A stretch of 64,000 nucleotides of DNA, taken from NCBI GenBank assembly GCA_045595895.1, contig JAZOBJ010000035.1, positions 25,277-89,276 on the forward strand, in the 5' to 3' direction. The stretch is from Candidatus Alloscybalousia sp. Its GTDB lineage: Bacteria > Bacillota_I > Bacilli_A > RF39 > UBA660. The notes under the pieces were generated by a model. The model ran no database searches. It was not told where the DNA came from and saw only the letters and a program-made list of their open reading frames with translations. A program made the translations under genes and the position numbers. Shown piece by piece: positions 1-9,250 of the stretch; the stretch's first letter is position 1; each line of letters opens with the position of its first letter.

Positions 1-2341
1 CTTTATGTTTTTCGAGTTCAATGTAATCTTTTTCGGTTTTGAAACATATATCCCTATAACTACAAAATTCACATCCGATTATATCTTTATCAACTTTTTT
101 TGGATTAATAGAAAAATCACCATTTAGGATTAAGTTAGTTCCTTCTTCAATTTTAGATTCAACTAGTTTATCCATTCTATCCATTTGTTTATCACTTAAT
201 ATTTTAGAATAAGCATAAAAACCTTCTTTTTTCTTTTTTAAACTACTTATAACTTCGCTATCATAATAAGTCATGTCAAACTTTTCTAATAATTCTTCAT
301 TATCAGTTGAGTATCCTACAAGTTTTAGGGCATTTTCTTTAAGTTCATTAATAGTTTTACCGGATGTGGCTTTCATATCTTTATTTATTATCTTTTGAAG
401 GTAGAAACCTACTATTTCTAGGTTTGGAAATAAAGAACTTCTTTTTATAAAATATAAATAGATTGGAAGTTGCATACCGATACCATAAATAATATTATTT
501 AAATTAGATGGGAGATGTCCTGTCTTATAATCCGTAACAGCTACTAGTGTTCTATTTGGTTCTTTTAAAAAACTAATTTTATCTACAATGCCAACAAAGT
601 TAACTGGGATGTTTTTATTATTTTTAATAGGAATAGAAAATCTCTTTTCATATAAAAATTCGTTAAAATAACTATAATTTTTATGTTTATTAATTATTTC
701 TATATCGTATTTTAATTCTTGTTTTAATTTTTCTAGAAGAATTATTTTATCAAAAGTAAATTCATATTTACTTGCTTCTTTATTCCATGATTCATCAAAA
801 TTAAAATTACTATTAAAACACTGCGACAAAACATAGTGAAAAATATTGCCAATATTCATATAAAATTCATCTATGTTTTCTTCTTTTATATTTAAGATGT
901 TACTAATATAGTATCTAAAGCCACAACGATAGTATTCATCAATGGTTGAATATGAAATGTTAAATGGATTTTTAAGATTGGCTAATAATTTATCATTATT
1001 AATACCTTTAAATTTATTATCATAAGTATGATATTTTAAATCTTTATAGTTTGGCATTAAATATTCTAAATTATCACTAATTGTTCCATATTTATAGAAT
1101 TTATCATATTCTTTAGATAAAGTTATTTCATTATAAAAATTAGAAATATTAAATGGTATCTTAGGATTTTTTATTACCTCATATCCCTCTTCTTTTATTA
1201 GTAAACATGGATTGTATGAATTAAATGCTGTTTTTAATTTATATGTAATAGTTAGATTTATATCTTGATTCAATTGATTTTTAAGATCGTTTAAACTGTT
1301 TATATTATTACTATTACTATCAAATAAACCTAATTCAGTTTTCATACTGTCACTTAGAAAATCTTCATCTTTATAGATATTTGGATAGTTTTCTTTATTA
1401 AAACCAATTAAATATGCATAATCATTTTTGTTGACTTCGTATAAATCACATGTACTTACACAATCAGTTTCATGTTTTTGGTTTAGATATGTATTTTTAA
1501 GATCATTTTCAATCATTTCATATAGTTCTTTTGTATCACAATCAAACTCGACATATTGATTAAAAATATTAATTATCTTATTTAAAACTTCAACATCTAT
1601 TTTCTCTTTATAAGTATCGATTATTTCTGAAAATGAAATGTTATCTTTTATTTTAGTTAATATCTCTTTACCTATTTCTATATCATAAAGCGATATTTTT
1701 TTATCAGATTTTAATGGTATATGGCACCAATTAAAAATAGTTTTTAATAGGTTTTCATATTCACTACTTGGAGTTATAATCTTAATATTATTAATTGAAA
1801 TGCCATTATCTATTTTTACCTTAATATCATGACAAATGTAAGCTATTTCGTCTTCAATATCATCGAATTCATATACGGTGTGTATTCTTTTATTATGATT
1901 TTCTTTAATATGATTGAAATTTGGGAGATTTGAGAATATTTTTTCATAAAATGGGGCAAGTTTATTATATCCATATACTATTACATTAGTTTTATTTAGA
2001 TAATACTTAAAAAAAGGATTCTTTATTAATAGTTTTCTGACTTCTAATTCTTTTTTTACAGTTAATAAAGTATTTAATTTTTTTGATTTATAGTTTTTAT
2101 CTTCTAAATAATAAAGTGACTGTAAATATTCTATTATGATATTATATTTAAGGTTTATTTTATTCATTAAATGAAAGATAGTTTTTTTATTATATGAAAA
2201 GAAGTAGTTTTCAGTAAATTCTTTTAAATCCATTATTTTATATGAAATTAGTTTACTGCTTTTATTTAATTCTACTACTACTTTCTTCTTTATACTATTT
2301 GGACATATTATTAAGTTATTTTCTTTTAAATTGTCTATCAT
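1..2341 (-). CDS. addB: ATP-dependent helicase/nuclease subunit B (AddB/RexB). N-terminus at 2341; C-terminus runs to or just past the left window edge, which is why it is absent from the ORF track.
   Basis: My own translation of the reverse strand gives an uninterrupted ORF of more than 780 aa starting MIDNLKENNLIICPNS. The PD-(D/E)XK RecB-nuclease motif AVTDYKTGHLP lies near 520-545. The C-terminus at positions 1-80 reads DIIGCEFCSYRDICF, the AddB Fe-S Cys cluster. No Walker A in the N-terminal region. Confidence 0.6.
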   Translation of the reverse strand, partial: MIDNLKENNLIICPNSIKKKVVVELNKSSKLISYKIMDLKEFTENYFFSYNKKTIFHLMNKINLKYNIIIEYLQSLYYLEDKNYKSKKLNTLLTVKKELEVRKLLIKNPFFKYYLNKTNVIVYGYNKLAPFYEKIFSNLPNFNHIKENHNKRIHTVYEFDDIEDEIAYICHDIKVKIDNGISINNIKIITPSSEYENLLKTIFNWCHIPLKSDKKISLYDIEIGKEILTKIKDNISFSEIIDTYKEKIDVEVLNKIINIFNQYVEFDCDTKELYEMIENDLKNTYLNQKHETDCVSTCDLYEVNKNDYAYLIGFNKENYPNIYKDEDFLSDSMKTELGLFDSNSNNINSLNDLKNQLNQDINLTITYKLKTAFNSYNPCLLIKEEGYEVIKNPKIPFNISNFYNEITLSKEYDKFYKYGTISDNLEYLMPNYKDLKYHTYDNKFKGINNDKLLANLKNPFNISYSTIDEYYRCGFRYYISNILNIKEENIDEFYMNIGNIFHYVLSQCFNSNFNFDESWNKEASKYEFTFDKIILLEKLKQELKYDIEIINKHKNYSYFNEFLYEKRFSIPIKNNKNIPVNFVGIVDKISFLKEPNRTLVAVTDYKTGHLPSNLNNIIYGIGMQLPIYLYFIKRSSLFPNLEIVGFYLQKIINKDMKATSGKTINELKENALKLVGYSTDNEELLEKFDMTYYDSEVISSLKKKKEGFYAYSKILSDKQMDRMDKLVESKIEEGTNLILNGDFSINPKKVDKDIIGCEFCSYRDICFKTEKDYIELEKHK

Positions 2342-2428
2342 ATTACCACATCTTTTCTTTTTTTATTATATCAAAAAAACATACCAAATGGTATGTTTTA
2401 TTTTTGTAGGATTATACTTTCTTAAATA

Positions 2429-3361
2429 CTAGTTACCAGCAACAACTGCAGCGTTAGCGTAAACGTTAACTCTAACTTTAAATGCTTGTCCATTTAATGG
2501 ATAGAATTGTTCGCTAGCACTGAAACCTTCTGGTGCTTCTGTTAAACCAGCAGCCTCAGCTTGGCTTACTGTATAAATAGTTCTATCAGTACTTACATAA
2601 GCAATTCTTTCATAGTTACCTTTTGTAGCATCATCTAATGCATAGTATGCAGTTGAAGTAATTAAATTACCATCTTCAATTAATTCATCAGCATTTAATG
2701 CAGCAGTACCTGTAGCAGCTGATTTTAATACGAATTCGTATGGTGAGTAGTCAGCACTTTCGTTAGCTGCTCCACCTTTGATCCACATTCTTAAATTGAA
2801 TGTTCCATTATAGTTTGTAGCAACTCCGTCTTCAGCACCAGGAACAGTACCTTCAAACATAACTCTTTCATCTACACCGTCTGGTAATGTGATATCTTCT
2901 GGTGCATCTAATTCACTAAATAATTTAACTGTAGTAGTATCACCACTAGTAGTATAAGTGTAGTTAGTTCCATTAGCAGCATCACCAGTATTTTCTAAAT
3001 ATAATTTAACTTGGTTGTTAGCTAAGCTAGAAGCTTCTAAATCTTTTCTAGCAGTAACTACATATTCAATATTAGCTTCTCCAGTAATCTTTGATGTAAC
3101 AGTGAAATTAAATACATTGTTATCACCAGTTTGTGCCATACCATCTGTATCGCTCATTGGTAAAGCATCTTGAATGTTGATACCATTTCCTTCTGCTTCT
3201 TTTTCATCGTATAAGAATGTAATAGTACCAGTTGAAATTGTGTTTTCTGTCACACCTTCTTTAGTATAACTAAAGAATGCATAAGTAACTCCAGCAGTAA
3301 TTAAAACTAAGCTAATTACGCCAAGTACTGAAAGTAATAATCCAGTTGACTTTTTGTTCAT
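2429..3361 (-). CDS. Secreted TasA/camelysin (M73)-family-like protein with a SipW-cognate-type signal peptide
   Basis: N-terminus MNKKSTGLLLSVLGVISLVLITAGVTYAFFSYTKEGVTENTISTGTITF matches the TasA/CalY signal-plus-mature motif (GGGTWAAFND...ASGTLDL). The rest is T/G/N/A-rich and extracellular-like. Confidence 0.5.
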   Translation of the reverse strand: MNKKSTGLLLSVLGVISLVLITAGVTYAFFSYTKEGVTENTISTGTITFLYDEKEAEGNGINIQDALPMSDTDGMAQTGDNNVFNFTVTSKITGEANIEYVVTARKDLEASSLANNQVKLYLENTGDAANGTNYTYTTSGDTTTVKLFSELDAPEDITLPDGVDERVMFEGTVPGAEDGVATNYNGTFNLRMWIKGGAANESADYSPYEFVLKSAATGTAALNADELIEDGNLITSTAYYALDDATKGNYERIAYVSTDRTIYTVSQAEAAGLTEAPEGFSASEQFYPLNGQAFKVRVNVYANAAVVAGN

Positions 3362-3502
3362 TTTATTTTCCTCCTACAATAATATTTAGATATCTTCATA
3401 TCTTAATACCATTATACCAAAGCTACATTTTTTTTCAATACTAATTTTTTATTTTTTTTAATTACCTTATATTTAAAGAGAAAAAATATAAATTTGACAA
3501 TG

Positions 3503-4624
3503 TCAATTGACACTTTTTGTATTATTTTGGATAAATTTGTATCTAAATAGTGAAAAACCGTGATAATTTTTTGTTTTTTGTAGAACTTTGATTTGTTTTT
3601 CAATAATACCATCGTTTTCTAACCATTCGTTTATTCCCTTTCCTGCATATCCATCTTGTTTTCCAACTTTATATAGGGCTAATACTGGGATTAACTCAGA
3701 TTTATTTTTAACTAACTCATTCCACTCATTAAGTGTTTTAATAAATGGTTTAGTTTGATGGTTAAAACCATAATAAATTTGTGGCATTATATAATCAATG
3801 TAGTCATCATCTTTTAACCAAGTTTTCACATCTGCATAATGGTCTTGGTAATTATTATCGATATTTCCGTCTGGTGAAATTCCAAATAATACATTAGGTT
3901 TAATTTCTTTTATTTTTTTATAAATAGTAGATATCAGTTGATTAACTTGACTTAATCTATAATCTTTTATTGAAATTGTATTTTCTACTTCTTTATAATT
4001 TTCTAAATCAATTGTATCATCAGGATAAAAATAATCGTCAAATAGAATGCCGTCGATATTATAGTTTTCTACTATTTCAACTACTCCACTTAATATTAAT
4101 TCTTTTACCTCGTTACTAGCTGGATTATAATATATTCCTTTATCTTCTATTATTTTTACATGATTAGTATTTAACCATTTATATCCAGGGTTATCTTTAC
4201 TTAATAAATTTATATCTGTTTGATTAGATATTCTATATGGGTTAATCCAAGCATGTAGTTTTATATCTTCGTTGTGTGCTTCCTCTATAAAATATTTTAA
4301 TATATCTATATCAATATCTTTTCCCTGGGTTCCTGAAATTGTATGTGTAAATGGGAAAATTTTTGAATCATAAATACTGTCAGAAAAAGGTCTTACATGT
4401 AAGTAAATTGTATTTATATAATTTTTCTTACATTCTTTTACCATTTTTTTGATTTCAGTTTGTATTGAATCAGAACTCTCTCCCTGGAAATAATCTAAGT
4501 ATTCTATATATGAAATGAATATTCCTTTTGTTTCTTTTTTAGATTCTTGTTCATCATTATTAACTAAATAAATAAAAAAAGCAGTAATTATAATTACTGC
4601 TGTAACTTTAAGAAAATTTTTCAT
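3503..4624 (-). CDS. Membrane-anchored GHL10/DUF187-like putative glycoside hydrolase (YngK-like)
   Basis: N-terminal TM or signal segment, then a TIM-barrel-like pattern (IYLHVRPFSD...HAWINPYRIS...IDGILFDDYFYP) reminiscent of the DUF187 'glycoside hydrolase-like 10' family. Confidence 0.45.
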   Translation of the reverse strand: MKNFLKVTAVIIITAFFIYLVNNDEQESKKETKGIFISYIEYLDYFQGESSDSIQTEIKKMVKECKKNYINTIYLHVRPFSDSIYDSKIFPFTHTISGTQGKDIDIDILKYFIEEAHNEDIKLHAWINPYRISNQTDINLLSKDNPGYKWLNTNHVKIIEDKGIYYNPASNEVKELILSGVVEIVENYNIDGILFDDYFYPDDTIDLENYKEVENTISIKDYRLSQVNQLISTIYKKIKEIKPNVLFGISPDGNIDNNYQDHYADVKTWLKDDDYIDYIMPQIYYGFNHQTKPFIKTLNEWNELVKNKSELIPVLALYKVGKQDGYAGKGINEWLENDGIIEKQIKVLQKTKNYHGFSLFRYKFIQNNTKSVN

Positions 4625-4666
4625 AGCTCACCATCCATTTAATTTTATGTACAAGCTATTTTATTA

Positions 4667-5947
4667 TTACTTTTTCTTTGGTCTTATAATAAGTGTTGAA
4701 CTATTAGTGAAGTCAATACCCTTTATAACTTTATTGTATTCATTTTTATTTAAAGAACGAAATATCTCAGTTTTGTTTGGTATTAATTTACCATATTCAA
4801 TAATATCACTAGCTATATTATCAAGTGTTACTGGCGCGTTATCTATCATCATTACTTCTGATGAGATCCAAACTTTTTTTAATCTTTCTAATTCAGTTTC
4901 ATCTATTTCTGTATTTTTTAACTCATGTTGGATCTTTTCTACTAACTCTTCTGGTTTTTCACTATCGGCTTTAAATGTAATAGTTAAGTAATCTCCTACT
5001 ATTTCCCTTTCCATATAGAAAGCTGTCATTAAACCTTCTTTTTTTAGTGTTTCTCTAAATATTGAAGATAAACCAAATTTAATATTTAGCAACATGCCTA
5101 TATAAAGACCAAATTTATAAACATCTTTTATACCTTTTAATGGTATTTTAATTCCATATCCAACTTTAGTATTTACGGCATTAAAAGTTATTTCTTTTTT
5201 TGAATCATTTACTTCTAATGGTTCTTTTTCACTATATACTTTAATATCAAAATTAGTTTTAGCGTTATTTAGTGTTTTATTATTCTTAATAATTTCAATA
5301 GCTTCTTCTTTATTAAAATCACCACTAATCATTAAGAACATGTTACTAGGCTGGTAGAAGGTATAATATGTATCGTATAGGTCTTCTTTAGTAATTTTGT
5401 AAATAGATTCAACTGTTCCAGCTATATCAATACGATGGTTATCTTTTTGGAATAATGCTTTTTTCATTTCTTCTTCGAAAGCCCATTCTATTTCATCATC
5501 ATACTGTTTTATTTCTTCAGCAATAATGCCTTTTTCTTTTTCTACATTCTCATCAGTAAAGTATGGACTACCAACAAAATCTAATAAATAGTTTAAATTT
5601 TCCTTAAAGGCTTGATTACCTTCGAAATAATATCTAGTGCAGTCATAGTTAGTTGATGCGTTTGAATAAGTTCCTGTTTTGGAAGCAAAGGTAAATGGAT
5701 CTACTCCATCTTCTTGTTCAAACATTTTATGTTCTAGAAAATGTGCGATTCCATCAGGTACTGTTATTTTTTCTTTTTTACCAAATGGTGTAAAAGTTGT
5801 TTGTACTGAACCATATTTAGTTAAGTAATGCATCGAATAATTACTTTTGTTTTTATATGGTATTAAATATACTTCTAATCCATTATCTAATTTTTCATAA
5901 TAAACATTTTGATCAAGTCCTACTAATTCAATTGTTTTCATCTTCAA
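4667..5947 (-). CDS. M16 (pitrilysin/insulinase) family zinc peptidase, catalytic subunit
   Basis: Inverted zinc motif HxxEH present (GIAHFLEHKMFEQ). 426 aa; overlaps the upstream paralogue by 20 nt. Confidence 0.75.
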   Translation of the reverse strand: MKMKTIELVGLDQNVYYEKLDNGLEVYLIPYKNKSNYSMHYLTKYGSVQTTFTPFGKKEKITVPDGIAHFLEHKMFEQEDGVDPFTFASKTGTYSNASTNYDCTRYYFEGNQAFKENLNYLLDFVGSPYFTDENVEKEKGIIAEEIKQYDDEIEWAFEEEMKKALFQKDNHRIDIAGTVESIYKITKEDLYDTYYTFYQPSNMFLMISGDFNKEEAIEIIKNNKTLNNAKTNFDIKVYSEKEPLEVNDSKKEITFNAVNTKVGYGIKIPLKGIKDVYKFGLYIGMLLNIKFGLSSIFRETLKKEGLMTAFYMEREIVGDYLTITFKADSEKPEELVEKIQHELKNTEIDETELERLKKVWISSEVMMIDNAPVTLDNIASDIIEYGKLIPNKTEIFRSLNKNEYNKVIKGIDFTNSSTLIIRPKKK

Positions 5948-7202
5948 GTACCCCCTCTAGTAAGAAAATTGTATCTAGTTTTACTTTTTTAGCTACTTTT
6001 ATAATATCTTCTTTGGTAACTTTCATAATTTCTTTTTTTCTTTCTTCAATATCACCAAGATTTAATAAATCTTTAGCTAAATACGTTTCAATAATAGCAT
6101 TTTCATTGTCTTCTATTTCTTTAAGTAAGGAAATATAACTTTCTTTAACAACATTTATATTTTCTTCAGTAAATTTCCCGTCTTCCATTTCTTTCATTAG
6201 TTTTTTAATAAGTTTAACTGTTTTATCAAAGTTATCTTTTGAAATTCCAGCTTTTATAATCATTAAACTATCTAATTTATTTAATGACGAATAAACATAA
6301 TAAGCTAATGAATGTTTTTCACGAATAATTTGGAAGAATTTTGATTCACTATTACCACCTAAAATCATGTTGTATAGTGTTAAAACATAGTTTCTTTCAA
6401 ATTCTGTTAAATTTCCTATTTTGCATCCAATCGATAATTTAGATTGATTACTATCTTCTGTTTCTTTAAGGGTTTTTATTTTTGATGGTAGTTTATCATG
6501 TTCAATTAATTGTTGTTCTTTTGGACGTTTAAAAGTAGTAAAATTGAAATGCTTTTCAAACATTTCTACCATTTCTTCTTCGTTTATATTTCCAATTACA
6601 TAAACATCTACTAAACTATTATTTAGTACTTTTTTATAGTAATTCATTAATTCTTCTTTATTTAATTTTTCTAAATCTTCCTGATATCCAAATTCACGAT
6701 AACTATATGGCATATCTTTATCCATTTCTTCTAACATACGTATTACACTATAAGTAGTTGGATTTTCTTTAACTGCTCTCATACTACTTTCCATATTTTC
6801 ATATAAGAACTTATACGCTTGGTTAAACTCTTCTTCTTTTGAAAAGTTAGGATTAAAAATTACTTCACTTAAAAATTTAATACTTTCTTCTTGCATACCT
6901 TCTTCAGTATACTTTTCATTTAGCATTGACATGCAAAAATTAATCACATTGAAACGACCTGATCTATAGGATTTTGTATATACATTTACGCCATATAAAT
7001 CCTGTGCTTTTAATACCATATCTCTTTTAGTTGAATATGTATCAGTTGAATATGTTAAAAATGATGTTAACATATTACGAAGTGTTATTTCCTCTTTTTT
7101 TATTTTATCTCTTAAACATACTCTGATATTTACAGTTTTAAAACGGTCTGTTTTTATTAAATGTAAGTTGAATGCTGTCATATCAATTTTTTTATATTCC
7201 AT
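5928..7202 (-). CDS. M16 family peptidase-like protein lacking HxxEH (non-catalytic partner)
   Basis: 424 aa, same architecture and length as the adjacent M16 gene but no HxxEH motif. Typical paired insulinase-family genes (YmfF/YmfH-like). Confidence 0.6.
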   Translation of the reverse strand: MEYKKIDMTAFNLHLIKTDRFKTVNIRVCLRDKIKKEEITLRNMLTSFLTYSTDTYSTKRDMVLKAQDLYGVNVYTKSYRSGRFNVINFCMSMLNEKYTEEGMQEESIKFLSEVIFNPNFSKEEEFNQAYKFLYENMESSMRAVKENPTTYSVIRMLEEMDKDMPYSYREFGYQEDLEKLNKEELMNYYKKVLNNSLVDVYVIGNINEEEMVEMFEKHFNFTTFKRPKEQQLIEHDKLPSKIKTLKETEDSNQSKLSIGCKIGNLTEFERNYVLTLYNMILGGNSESKFFQIIREKHSLAYYVYSSLNKLDSLMIIKAGISKDNFDKTVKLIKKLMKEMEDGKFTEENINVVKESYISLLKEIEDNENAIIETYLAKDLLNLGDIEERKKEIMKVTKEDIIKVAKKVKLDTIFLLEGVLEDENN

Positions 7203-7241
7203 CTGTCCACCTCTTTCTTAGTATATACAGTTTTTATAAAA

Positions 7242-7949
7242 CTATTTCAAAATTGATTCTAAAGCTATTTTAATCATTGTGTGGAAAGAATTTTGTCTTT
7301 CTTCGCTAGTTGTTTCTTGTTTTGTCACTAAACTATCTGATACTGTTAAAATACATGTAGCTTTTTTATTTAAACTTTTAGCATTTGTGAATAAAGCAAA
7401 TGTTTCCATTTCTACTCCAAGTACGTTGTATTTATTAACTAATTCTTGATAATTATTATTTTCTTTATAAAAAACATCACTACAATGAATTATTCCATTT
7501 TTTGTATCTACATTTAAATCATTAGCTGCGCTAATTAATTTTTTATTTAATTCTTCACTACTATAAATGATATTATCTTCTAAATTCATTTGTTCTTTAG
7601 CATAATTGGATACTGAATATGAACCTTCTACGATAATTGTATCATATAAATTCAATTTTTCTTTATATGCACCACAAGTCCCTACTCTAATTATTTCTTC
7701 TACATCATAAAATTTAAATAATTCATAAGAATAAATTCCCATACTTGGATTACCCATACCTGATGCAAAAATAGTTACTTCCTTTCCTTTATAAGTTCCA
7801 GTATAGGCTAGAATATTTCTAACTTGATTTACTAATTTATAATTTTCTAAATAAGTTTCTGCTATCATTTTGGCTCTTAGAGGATCTCCAGGCATTAAAA
7901 CGATTTTAGCTATATCTTCTTTTTTTGCTTCAATATGTGCTGTTGCCAT
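7242..7949 (-). CDS. deoD: Purine nucleoside phosphorylase, DeoD type
   Basis: MATAHIEAKKEDIAKIVLMPGDPLRAKMIAE...GMGNPSMGIYSYEL...IIRVGTCGAY matches the PNP/UDP family-1 signatures. Confidence 0.85.
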   Translation of the reverse strand: MATAHIEAKKEDIAKIVLMPGDPLRAKMIAETYLENYKLVNQVRNILAYTGTYKGKEVTIFASGMGNPSMGIYSYELFKFYDVEEIIRVGTCGAYKEKLNLYDTIIVEGSYSVSNYAKEQMNLEDNIIYSSEELNKKLISAANDLNVDTKNGIIHCSDVFYKENNNYQELVNKYNVLGVEMETFALFTNAKSLNKKATCILTVSDSLVTKQETTSEERQNSFHTMIKIALESILK

Positions 7950-8084
7950 AATGTTACCTTCTTTCTATTTTTATTTACTACATAAACATTATACCAAATT
8001 TTGGAATTAACTTACCATAAATATTTAATATTTATTGAAATTATTTATTTTTTGTGGTTGTTGTGTTATAGTAAATAGCACGAA

Positions 8085-9239
8085 ATGAGTGATGTTATGG
8101 CAAAATACGGATGGAATTTAGATGAACTCAAGAGTAATTTGTCACTTTTACAAAAAATATTAAAAATAGAAACTGATACTGATAAAATTAGTGTGTTAAA
8201 TGATTGTATTGAAACGTACTGTGAAATGATTAGTTTAATTGATGAAGATTCTAATTTAACTGTAAAAGACAACGAAAATCCTTTGGATGATACATTGAAA
8301 TATGATAGTTTTGAAGATTTAAAGCAAGAACAAATAGAATCATATCAATATTGTAATCATACTATTATCAATACTATTCTTTCAAGTTTTGCAATTTTAA
8401 ATGATGTTTACCATAGTGATTTTATTTTAAATGGAAATTTATATAATCATTCTGATGAAGAATTAGTTCTTGTTACTAGAAATTTTATAAATAAAATGGT
8501 TCCTGACTGTTTTAAGAAACAATTTTTTGATGCTTTGCAATCATACAACAATATTCATTTTAATAGTAGTAAAAATATTAATACCTATTCAGGTATGACT
8601 TATTTTGAACCAATTTTTAAGAGAAAAGATATTTTTGTTTCAAAATCTGGTTTGTTGATAGATTTAGCAATTTTACCCCATGAGATTTTCCATTATTTTT
8701 TTAATGATACCAATGTATGTGTGGTGAATAATTACAATACATATTATACGACTGAATTTGAAGGGTGTTTTGCTAATCTATTATTTGGTGATTATATTTA
8801 TAATAATGCTACTGAACTTAATAATTATTTTAATTCTTATTTTTTAGATCAATTTTATGATGATATGCTTAAACTGTTTATGAGAAATTGTTTTATTCAA
8901 TCTATTAGAGAAAACGGAAGTTTTAGATTAAATAAATTTAATAAATGTTTAGAAGGTTATAATATTCTTCCTTTTGATGATAAGAATGAGATTGGCGAGT
9001 TTTTAAATTCACCACTTGAAATGGATATTAAATATACCCTCGGTTATTTAGTTGCATTTGACTTATACTATATTTATAAAAAGGATCCTGAGTTTGCTTT
9101 TTATTTATTAAAAAATATTAGGTTTATGAAGCATGAAAATGATATATTAGGATTACTTAGAAATAATCATATTACGTTTATGGATGATGGGTATGAGAAT
9201 TTAAAAAAATACGTAAAGAAAATAGAAAGACAAAATTAG
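8085..9239 (+). CDS. Hypothetical protein with HExxH motif (putative zinc metallopeptidase)
   Basis: 384-aa ORF in 27% GC DNA, unlikely by chance. Motif LAILPHEIFHYFFN. No recognisable family. Weak RBS, so the exact start is uncertain. Confidence 0.4.
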   Translation: MSDVMAKYGWNLDELKSNLSLLQKILKIETDTDKISVLNDCIETYCEMISLIDEDSNLTVKDNENPLDDTLKYDSFEDLKQEQIESYQYCNHTIINTILSSFAILNDVYHSDFILNGNLYNHSDEELVLVTRNFINKMVPDCFKKQFFDALQSYNNIHFNSSKNINTYSGMTYFEPIFKRKDIFVSKSGLLIDLAILPHEIFHYFFNDTNVCVVNNYNTYYTTEFEGCFANLLFGDYIYNNATELNNYFNSYFLDQFYDDMLKLFMRNCFIQSIRENGSFRLNKFNKCLEGYNILPFDDKNEIGEFLNSPLEMDIKYTLGYLVAFDLYYIYKKDPEFAFYLLKNIRFMKHENDILGLLRNNHITFMDDGYENLKKYVKKIERQN

Positions 9240-9250
9240 TCTTTCTATTT

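Noticed and set aside
3412-3612. 66-aa Lys-rich ORF overlapping the 3' end of the GHL10 gene
   Set aside because: Same strand, different frame, overlapping a longer domain-bearing ORF; no RBS. Composition reflects the AT-rich intergenic or 3' region.
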